Positions 1 through 8,476 of a DNA stretch of 20,446 nucleotides are shown here, piece by piece (the stretch's first letter is position 1; the number at the start of each line of letters is the position of its first letter). The stretch comes from Octopus sinensis (lineage: Eukaryota), in the NCBI RefSeq assembly GCF_006345805.1, contig NW_021824033.1:1-20446 (forward strand). Reading direction: 5' to 3'. Both the position numbers and the translations under genes were made by a program. The notes beneath the pieces are model-generated. The model was not told the origin of the DNA, did no database searches, and worked only from the letters and a program-made list of their open reading frames with translations.

Positions 1-179
1 AGTGAGGGTGGAAAATTCACAAATGAATGTGTGAGACTAAAAACTAATGTGGAAATGTGCAAGTATGCAAATGTGGAAGTGTTGGTCTAAAAACTGCAAA
101 AATGAAGGAGTTGGATGTTAAGCCACAAATGTGGGAGTGCTCGCGAAAAGTACAAATGTGGATGTATTATAAATAAAGG

Positions 180-451
180 TCAACGTTCTGGGACTTCTTG
201 CAAGGCCCCCAAAGATTGGTGGACGGAATCCCCACCTGGACGGGACGCCGGTCCGTCGCAGGTAAGCTGCAAGAGTGAGAGAAAGTTCTGGCGAGAGAGT
301 CAGCAGACATTCGCCATTACCTTCTGCCGGAGTCGCGCGGAGCTTAGACATTTTGCTCGTAAACACACACACATTGCCCGGTCTGAGATTCGAACCCGCG
401 ATCCCTCGACTGCGAGTCCGCTGCTCTAACCACTAGGCCATGTGCCTCCAC
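180..451 (-). mobile_element. tRNA-derived SINE with a V-domain-like box
   Basis: Minus strand begins GTGGAGGCACATGGCCTAGTGGTTAGAGC (A box TGGCCTAGTGG) ...GGGTTCGAATC (B box). The body contains CTGCGACGGACCGGCGTCCCGTCCAGG (plus 235-261), resembling the V-SINE motif CTGCGATGGACTGGCGACCTGTCCAGG as I recall it. Confidence 0.8.
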
Positions 452-781
452 AGTTTCGCTGTATAGAAATATTAAATTTGTATCAGTAATTTGAATAGTA
501 GTTGATTTTTATCGGCCCCCAGGAGAACGAAATGGAAAGTTAGTTTTCTATTATAATCCCATTCACTTTTAGGATGCCTTATAAGAATACTTGCAGCTGT
601 ATCCGGTTTTGCCTGGCTTTATAAATACCCGAAATAATTACAATCACATGAATTCGCTTTATTTTAGATAAATTACTAAGAATCTTCAGTTGATCCGGTG
701 ATGTTGATTCACTCAGAATGTTGCATACAAGCTACCCAGAACATGACTCAAGTTGAGCTTCATTAAAATAACGAAAGACAT

Positions 782-953
782 TGGGGTTAAGAAGCCCGCT
801 TTGCAAACGTGTGGTTTCGGGTTTAGTCGCACTTCGCGTCACCTTGGGCAAGGGTCTTCTACTACTATAGCCCTGGGTCGACCAATGTCTATGAGGGAAT
901 TTGACAGACGGAAACTGTGTAGAAGTGGCGAGCTGGCAGAATCGTTAGCACGG

Positions 954-996
<43 letters not shown>

Positions 997-1190
997 TCGT
1001 ACCCCCCACAACATCGCTTGACAACCGATGCTGGAGTGTTTGTGTCCCCGTCACTTAGCGGTTCGGCAAGAGAGACCGATAGAATAAGTACTAGGCTTAC
1101 AGAGAATAAGTCCCGGGGTCGATTTGCTCGACTAAAAGGCGGTGCTCCAGCATGGCCGCAGTCATATGACTGAAACATATAAAAGAATAA
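782..1190 (+). mobile_element. CORE-type tRNA-derived SINE (octopus OR-like), near full length with decayed head
   Basis: CACCTTGGGCAAG CORE-like motif at ~840-852, central (TA)n(GT)n, then a 3' half (CATCGCTTGACAACCGATG...GGTGCTCCAGCATGGCCGCAGTCATATGACTGAAAC) highly similar to the in-window copies at 11851 and 15550. Confidence 0.9.
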
Positions 1191-1264
1191 ACGAAAAAAA
1201 GAAATACATGACTGTTATTTTATTCAATAAGTTACTTTATATCCAGGAAGGCAGCTCAAAAAAG

Positions 1265-1445
1265 GAGTTTCCAGATTTGCTAGAAAGTACAGCGAAGTTC
1301 TTTGCCATATCACATCGGTAGCGACGTGAACGAAGGTAGGACATATTACACAATGTAGAGTCTAGCTAGATACACTGTCGGACAAAAATACAAGGTGGTC
1401 TTCCGGCTAGAACACCTGCTCGATAAGGGTTAACCTGAACAACAA
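1265..1445 (+). mobile_element. Fragment of an unnamed dispersed repeat family (3' part)
   Basis: Shares TGCTAGAAA, ACAATGTAG and AGATACACTGTC with 17545-17670. Its end GCTCGATAAGGGTTAACCTGAACAACAAC resembles 10200-10260, 18755-18815 and, inverted, 4389-4455. Confidence 0.6.
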
Positions 1446-1706
1446 CAATTACAATAACAACATGACCACCACCACCACCAACAATAACAACAACAATAAC
1501 GACAACACACACGCACATATAAGAGGATATAGGTAAAAACCAACTAAAGACTAATATTTGGTGCGTGATGGAATGGGGTATCAGCGAGATAATACTTATA
1601 AGTCAGGTAGTACATTTATCAAGGTAAATGACAGGTGTAAGAGGTAGAGGTAAGAGGTGAAGATGGCAGGCAAGGGAGCAGACTTAGCACAATAAGTGCT
1701 CCTGTG

Positions 1707-1758
1707 TTCTTCTTCTTCTTCTTCTTCTTCTTCTTCTTCTTCTTCTTCTTCTTCTTCT
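1707..1758. repeat. (TCT)n microsatellite
   Basis: Perfect trinucleotide run; source of the poly-E and poly-S ORFs. Confidence 0.99.
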
Positions 1759-1980
1759 ACGATACGGATCGTACGCGACAATGCAGACACACGTGTATGG
1801 GTGGATGTGCGAGTGGGTGGATGTGTGGGTGATCTGGTGAACTCTTCACCTGATGACCGCCGTGGCGTTCAACACAAGTGAAGAGGAAAAGTATTCACCT
1901 TTAAAGTCGATACATTGTGCATCCCCTATTCAATATCCCCTTCGTCTTTACTGTCAAAGCTAGGGTTTTAATATATCATT

Positions 1981-2336
1981 AACATACATACCTACATGTA
2001 TGCACTCAAACAGACGCTCACGCATACATACATACATACATACATACATACATACATACACACATACACGCATACATACATACATACATACATACACACA
2101 TACACGCATACATACATATATACATACATACATACATACATACATACATACATACATACACACATACACGCATACATACATACATACATACATACATACA
2201 TACATACATACATACACACATACCTACATACATACATACATACATACATACACACATACATACATACATACATACATACATACATACATACATACATACA
2301 TACATACATACATGCATGAATGCATACATACATACA
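1981..2336. repeat. (CATA)n tetranucleotide array with CACA/CACG variants
   Basis: Directly visible; source of the YIHT/MYVC ORFs. Confidence 0.99.
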
Positions 2337-2454
2337 TTATGGCTGCCCCCCCCCCGTTATCGAGTATGGCCATTGCACGAAGCTTAACTGTTACTGGGGC
2401 TGTGATCGAATGTGACATTTTAGCCCAACTAAAGATCTACAATGTCTTGTACCA

Positions 2455-2678
2455 GTATATACAAACACGTGCACACACGTACACACACATATCCGTATGC
2501 ATATATATATGTGTGTGTATGTGTGTGTGTATGTATACACACACACGCAAATATGCACACATATATAATGCCCATTTTCTCCCGTTATGGGGGTCTTACA
2601 CGCCCTAATATGGGGTCTTATACTCCCTAATACGGTGAAGGCTTATAATTTTATTTACAACGGATACACACGCACATG

Positions 2679-2744
<66 letters not shown>

Positions 2745-2768
2745 ACACACACGGGGATCTATATATAT
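2455..2768. repeat. Mixed (CA)n/(TA)n/(TG)n microsatellites around a short unique spacer
   Basis: Directly visible. Confidence 0.95.
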
Positions 2769-3202
2769 GCCGGCTAGTCTGTGCTCGCTGTTGTATGTCT
2801 GTCCAACGAGGTAAGCGCACAGCGTTTCTAAACTCCGGGATGTGTGTTCAATACGTGTGCTGGCACAGTGAAGTGCACTTAGAATGCCACTTCCTCTCTT
2901 TACAGATAACACTACCCCACAGATATTATTCCAGATATTCCTGCAACCAATTCCAACATGATTCAATCTAGAACCTCAAAGAATGAAGTGTTTCTATTGA
3001 AGAAACCTTGAGTACTGCCATCTGGTGGTAGTTTATTGCAATACTGAATCCCTTTCTGTTTTACTGAAGCCTGAAATAATAGGGTTCCTTTGATCCCATG
3101 CGAGTCCACCGCCATCTTACCGTCCCCTAAACTCCACCCAGGCCCCACTTTTACGCTTTTTCTAATTTTCTTCTTTTATTAACTTATTTTATTTTTTATT
3201 GT

Positions 3203-3487
3203 TTTACTTGTTTCAGTCATTAGATTGCGGCCATGCTGGGGCCACGCCTTGGAAACTTCTTTAGTGGAATAAATCAACCCCAGTGTTTATTTCTTTAAGC
3301 TTGGTAATTATTCTATCGTTTTTTTTTTTTGCTGAACCGCTAAGTTACGGGGACATAAACACACTAGGACCGGTTGTCAGGTGGTTATGGGGGACAAAGA
3401 CAGACGCAAAGGCACACACACACGCACACGCGCGCTCATACACACACACACACACGCACACACGCACACACACACACACGTATGTAC

Positions 3488-3523
<36 letters not shown>

Positions 3524-3704
3524 GGAATTTACAAAACAAACAAAATAAAGAACGAAGACGGGTATGTAAACAACAAACAGATGTATTAGTTTAATGCTCG
3601 GGAAGTGAGAAATTCTCTTATGTTTCGAGCCTACGCTCTTCGACAGAAAGGAACACAGAAATAAAAAGAGAGAGAAAGGAAGGAAAAAGAGAGGTAAATA
3701 TATT

Positions 3705-3749
<45 letters not shown>

Positions 3750-3907
3750 GACTGGTTTCTTTCAGATTTGTCAACCAAATCCACAAACTAGTCTTAGGTC
3801 AGGAGGCCGAGGCTATAGTAAAGACGCAGGCCACGGGTGCCCTGCAATGGGACTGTACCCAGAACCATGTAGTTGGGAACTAAGCTTCTTACCACTGCCA
3901 CGCCTGC
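3203..3907 (-). mobile_element. CORE-type SINE split by a nested insertion (3' half 3203-3415, 5' half 3749-3907)
   Basis: 3749-3907 aligns by eye to the head of the 15550-15990 copy (GGCTATAG..., GGGACTG.ACCC.GAACCATGT). 3203-3415 aligns to its tail (GTTTCAGTCATT...GCGGCCATGCTGG; CTGAACCGCTAAGTTACGGGGAC). Same strand and correct order, separated by (CA)n(TA)n and a foreign segment. Confidence 0.85.
3521..3700 (-). mobile_element. Penelope-like element terminal repeat remnant with a hammerhead-like motif
   Basis: Minus strand CTGTCGA-A-GAGC-GTAG-GCTC-GAAA-CATA follows the CTGANGA-N-stem-GAAACGTH pattern typical of Penelope pLTRs; flanked by (TA)n on both sides. Confidence 0.6.
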
Positions 3908-4169
3908 TATTTATATATTCCTTTCATTCCTGCTTTCATTTTTTCTTTCTTTCTTTCTTTCTTTTTCTCTCCTCTCCCACCCATGTTCCTCACGTCTTGC
4001 TTTAAGCACAAGACAAATCAAACCTGAAACTAATTACATTCAATTAAGAATAGACTGGGGAACCAATCAAAACTTTAATTGTTTTATTTATTATTTATTA
4101 CTAACAAAAATACAAAAAAAAAAGAAAGAAAAAAGCAAATAAGAAAAAAGAACAAAACATAAATAACAT

Positions 4170-4275
4170 AGGAAAAAAGTTCGATGGCAGAGATCGATCA
4201 ATTTAATCGGTGCGTAAACTCATAAACCTAACGCTTCGGGTGTTTGTCCTTCGGCAGATGAAGAAAGAGAAAAGT
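4170..4275 (-). mobile_element. Second, more decayed Penelope-like terminal remnant
   Basis: Minus strand CTGCCGA-A-GGACAAACACCC-GAAG-CGTTA (plus 4229-4257) has the same architecture as 3619-3646. Confidence 0.4.
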
Positions 4276-4388
4276 GAGACGGACAGACAAACAGACAGAC
4301 AGAATAAAATTGATATGGGTTGTGAACAACTAAAGCAATATAGTCTTTCTTTTTGTTCTTAGAAATATGCGTTTTTTTTTTACCATTG

Positions 4389-4455
4389 AGTTGTTGATTA
4401 ACCCAGTCAGCTCTGATCTGTGAACAAAAGCGTTCTAGTCATGACAATCCCTTCT
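4389..4455 (-). mobile_element. 3' end of the unnamed dispersed family, inverted
   Basis: GTTGTTGATTAACCCAGTCAGCTCTGATC...TTCTAGTCATGACAATCC is the reverse complement of the family end seen at 18755-18815 and 10200-10260. Confidence 0.5.
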
Positions 4456-4498
4456 ATCTCCTTCTTTATAAACACACACACACGCGCGCGCGCGCATC

Positions 4499-4720
4499 TT
4501 TTATCTTTTATCTTTTTTGCTTAATTCAGTCATTAGACTGCGGCCATCCTGAGGCAGCCCCTTCAATAATGTTTAGTCGAACGAACGACACGAATACATT
4601 CTTTTTTAAGCCTGGTATTTATTCTATCGGTCTTTTGTGCCGAACCGTTATGTTAAGGAGACATAAACACACCAACATCGGTTATTCAGTGGTGTGGTGA
4701 GACTAATGCACACCCACACA
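4499..4720 (-). mobile_element. CORE-type SINE, 3' half
   Basis: TTCAGTCATTAGACTGCGGCCAT...TATTCTATCGGTC...GCCGAACCG...AAACACACCAACATCGGTT matches the 15550 copy with more divergence. Confidence 0.85.
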
Positions 4721-4741
4721 TATATATGTATATGTATGTAC

Positions 4742-4773
<32 letters not shown>

Positions 4774-4828
4774 AAAATAGTAAAAAGTGAAAAAACTATA
4801 TATGTTTGTATATATATGTATATATATG

Positions 4829-4907
<79 letters not shown>
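4721..4907. repeat. (TA)n microsatellite with interruptions
   Basis: Directly visible. Confidence 0.98.
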
Positions 4908-4912
<5 letters not shown>

Positions 4913-5057
4913 AAATGGAAAGATGAATTTTCTTTTACGGATTATTCAAAAGTTTAACCGATATCTGGGTAGCAAAAATCACAGCAGAAAAAACACGGTT
5001 GGAGATAAGACCATATGGTGTTGCAACCGTGCGTTGGTGCGGATAATTGAAGTTTAA

Positions 5058-5216
5058 TATAATTAGTGAATGGAAGAAATGGAGTTGAACGAAGATTGTA
5101 CAGAATTCCTTTTATTACATTCTACACATGTTTGAAAGGCCACAATTTTCCAAATTTTCCAAACTTTGAAACATGTGTAGAATGTAATAAAAGGAATTCT
5201 GTACAATTCCATCCAC

Positions 5217-5224
<8 letters not shown>
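5058..5224. mobile_element. Palindromic MITE-like element (long inverted repeat)
   Basis: 5095-5133 is the exact reverse complement of 5169-5207 (39 bp). Outer arms 5058-5075 and 5207-5224 match at 17/18. It abuts (TA)n, consistent with a TA target. Confidence 0.8.
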
Positions 5225-5255
<31 letters not shown>

Positions 5256-5316
5256 GCTGAAACTAGGAAAAAAAAAAATATATATATATACATATATATA
5301 TGTATATATATATATA

Positions 5317-5476
5317 GCAAGTGTCTCAGACGAACCAGCTTCGCGGCAGGAGTGCAGATGAGTGCAGCTGCATCAAACTCTCTCATGCACCAAATGTCAA
5401 TTCCTAAAAAGCATTCGTGAAGTAAAATTATGCAGCAACACCAAATGGCAGTGCCCCAGCATGGCCAGAGCTCGTG
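5317..5476 (+). mobile_element. SINE-like fragment sharing the 3' tail motif of the CORE SINEs
   Basis: Ends GTGCCCCAGCATGGCCAGAGCTC, homologous to GTGCTCCAGCATGGCCGCAGTC of the CORE SINEs, but the upstream body is unrelated; embedded in (TA)n. Confidence 0.55.
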
Positions 5477-5495
5477 CATATATATATATATGTAC

Positions 5496-5526
<31 letters not shown>

Positions 5527-6279
5527 TGTACATATATATATATATGTAAATAACTTAATACTAAAACTCTGCGGATATTTGTCTGTGCCCGAAATATCTC
5601 AGAAATAGTATATTTTATCTTAATTTTTTTTTTGCACATTTATTTTCATACATACCTTCGGCAGTACGGTACAAATTTTTGTGGTATCTGGACTTATATT
5701 TATTAATGAAGACGACTGAACACAATTTTTGTTTGTTATTTCTTGAAGAAAAAAGAATCATGGCTTCCGTGACGTCAACACGTACAGGATACACACACAT
5801 ATAATGAATGTCATGGTGTGTCAATCAATATAAACACACGTCCGCTATCTGTAACATATACACACACAAAGTTTTCGCGCTCTCTAAGATAAAAAAAAAA
5901 CGTCAAGTTTTTGTCGTACGCAATATTTTAATCATTTATAAATATTTTTAACTGAATATGATTTCAAAATCGTAAGTTGTTTGTACTGTATTTAGCTTTT
6001 TTTAAATAGACAATATTTTAATGCTCTTTTAAATTATTTTTAAGTTGTAAGTTTCCGTAAAAATTTTTTTATTTATTTACTTTTGTTTCAACAATATTGA
6101 AGGTAAATAATAGCATGTAAATATTGTGTTGAAAATCCCTTTTGGTGAGAAAAAGTCGAAGGCTGCGCATCATCTTTTCAGGCTCGTAATGAGCGCTGGG
6201 GTTAAACATAATCGACGATATACATTCCATCTAGAATTTTAGTTCTTGTGCCTATTTTAGAAAGAAATAACCCGATTGT

Positions 6280-6860
6280 TAATGGTTTGCCCCAGATGCG
6301 CGCAGAGCGACGAAATTGGTCTGCACGCTCTTATCTAGCGCCTGATCATTGCTGACCTGTGGGTTTATGTCGAAAATCTGCTGTCATCTGTAGGACGGAC
6401 CCGGCTCTCGGCTGAGTCCAGTGTGAAGATCGCTTCGTCTCCTTCCCTTGACCGGGAAAGGAAGCCAGTGTTTCTGTGTCTGGTGGCATTTAGCAAAAGA
6501 GATAGCGTAGTGGACTAAATTGAAATTCAAATTTTCACCTGAAAACGAAAGTGAAAGTAGAGAGGGGAATGTTGTCTCCCAGCAATTTTATTAAAAAATG
6601 GGTGAATCTTGGAAAAATGGTCCAAACATGCGCCTGTAGGTCGAAGGAGGACGATTTGAAGAAAGCACTTGCCCTAGTGGTCAGGATGACCGTAGTATAG
6701 TGAGGTCTCCTCGAGCAGCCATAGCAAGTCTCCCTCTTCTGGATAATTATTCACTGTTATAATTCTATATTACTGTTTTTTTTTACTTTTTTACTCACAT
6801 TGTATTATTCTGTACCATCACCAATGTTTTTTGTGAACCCTTAGTTGTTAATAAAGAAAA
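6280..6860 (+). mobile_element. 5'-truncated Tx1-like LINE: C-terminal zinc-knuckle region, 3' UTR and AATAAA
   Basis: From 6288 reads CPRCAQSDEIGLHALI*RLIIADLWVYVENLLSSVGRTRLSAESSVKIASSPSLDRERKPVFLCLVA. After frameshifts it reads AKEIA*WTKLKFKF and HLKTKVKVERGMLSPSNFIKKWVNLGKMV. The CxxC-x8-H motif plus downstream W residues is typical of L1/Tx1 ORF2 ends. AATAAA at 6850-6855. Absent from the ORF track because of stops and frameshifts. Confidence 0.8.
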
Positions 6861-6861
6861 C

Positions 6862-6965
6862 AATTTATTATTGTTTTTGTTGTTGTTGTTGCTGTTGTTC
6901 TTATTGTTATTTTTGCTATTGTTAGCTTTGGCATTATTGCTATTGTAACTATTATTGTTGTTGTT
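6862..6965. repeat. Degenerate (TTG/TTA)n tract
   Basis: Directly visible, immediately after the LINE 3' end. Confidence 0.9.
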
Positions 6966-7044
6966 AGAGCTAATTATCAACGTCTGATAGTGAGTCTGTA
7001 ATTCTTTGTAATTGCGAGTATGGAATTGTTCTGGCCAACGGGAG

Positions 7045-7292
7045 GAGAGGGGCTGTAAAAGTGAAGGAGAGAGAGAGAGAAAGGAAGGGAGAGAAAGTGG
7101 GAGAGACGAAAGAGAGAGGAGTTGATAGAAAAGTGTTTTTGTGATGGGTTGAAAGGACCTCTTGGCATCAGTTCCATTATCTCTCTCTCTCTCTCTCTCT
7201 CTATTCATTTCTCTGTTTCTTTCCCTCCCTCGCTCTATTTCTCTTTCTGTCTCTCTCTGTCTCTGTCTTTCTGTCTCTCTCCGTCTCTTCTT
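7045..7292. repeat. (GA)-rich tract followed by a (CT)-rich tract
   Basis: Purine-rich 7045-7130 and pyrimidine-rich 7179-7292. Confidence 0.9.
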
Positions 7293-7947
7293 CTAGAGTG
7301 GTGGATGGCCAAAATTCAGACACTGAACAATAATTACTGTAAGATGGAATGAAGCTGTCCCAACATTTCCTTCTCTCCACAATTAATCAGCCAGTCAGCC
7401 AGCCAGCCGGCCGACCCACTAGCCAGCCCTCATGTCAGCTCTGTATTACGAACTGTATTGAAGAAACAGAAAGAAAAACACGGTAACAAAAGGATTTCCT
7501 TTCCACTGGTCAACAATGGGTCAAACGTTTCACTGAAAACTCAGAGAAAATATACAAGCAGACGACAGAAACAGGAAGAAAAAAAAATAAGTGTAGGAGA
7601 AGAAGGAGAAACTGACGTTAAGTATGATATATGTAAGATTCTTCTTAAATCTTGTAGAAAACAGAACAGGACAGCGCTGATGGAGATTTGGAACTGGGAA
7701 GATAGGAAAGTGTAGACGGAGGAGGAATTATGACCGAAGAAACATACACACCACCAACTACGAAGGAGAAATAATAGAAAAAGTAAGGGGAGGTAACCCG
7801 ATGGTTAATGGAAAATAATCACGTGACAATGAAATACTAGCTCTCGCCTCAGGCGTCTCTTACATTTTACATTTGAGCTTAGTTTGTATATTTTTCTATA
7901 TTTTTCATAAAATATTTTTCCTGGGAAGCAGCCGACTTAATTTCTGG

Positions 7948-7963
7948 AATAATAATAATAATA

Positions 7964-7999
<36 letters not shown>

Positions 8000-8053
8000 T
8001 AATAACATAATAATAATAATAACAATAATATAATGATGATGATGATGATGATG

Positions 8054-8092
<39 letters not shown>

Positions 8093-8124
8093 TGATAATA
8101 ATAATAATGATGATGATAATAATA

Positions 8125-8190
<66 letters not shown>
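7948..8190. repeat. (AAT)n with GAT/AAC variants
   Basis: Directly visible. Confidence 0.99.
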
Positions 8191-8191
<1 letters not shown>

Positions 8192-8400
8192 TTCAGACAA
8201 AAACATAACAAAAACACCAGGACTTACAAACACGTATAACATACAGAAAATTGTACTACTTGGCACTGGCACACATCCTACGCAGAACACTTCCATACAT
8301 AACCATCAGAGCATCACAACAAATCACAGCACATACCCAAGGCACACAGAGCTGTGCTCGGTAGTGAAGTGAAAGCACGCTATAAAAATAAAACTACTGA
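8191..8400 (+). mobile_element. 5'-truncated R4/Dong-like non-LTR element 3' end, in (TAA)n
   Basis: From 8193 reads SDKNITKTPGLTNTYNIQKIVLLGT, then after a +1 frameshift at 8268 AHILRRTL. This matches the QKxVLLGTAHILRKxL C-terminus of RLE-type ORFs. A short 3' UTR follows, and both flanks are (AAT)n. Confidence 0.85.
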
Positions 8401-8406
8401 ATGATG

Positions 8407-8476
<70 letters not shown>
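8400..8476. repeat. (AAT)n tail or target tract
   Basis: Directly visible between two R4/Dong-like fragments. Confidence 0.99.

Noticed and set aside
380-451. Possible tRNA gene on the minus strand
   Set aside because: It has A and B boxes but no proper acceptor stem, and continues into a SINE body.
1842-1890. Functional hammerhead or C/D snoRNA around CTGATGA
   Set aside because: GAAA does not follow helix II in the required order, and no CTGA box D lies downstream; kept only as a hairpin.
1960-2608. Long ORFs of YIHT/MYVC repeats
   Set aside because: Translations of the (CATA)n array, open in most frames because the unit lacks stops.
5031-5047. CGTTGGTGCGGATAATT resembling a mariner TIR
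   Set aside because: Only one short end, with no partner TIR or TSD identified.
6295-6480. Hairpins suggesting a structured ncRNA or pre-miRNA
   Set aside because: Better explained as decayed Tx1 ORF2 coding sequence; the stems are short.
7297-7338. 42-nt candidate exon (TAG acceptor after the CT tract, GTAAGA donor)
   Set aside because: The pyrimidine tract is a microsatellite, and the one open frame (WWMAKIQTLNNNY) resembles nothing I know.
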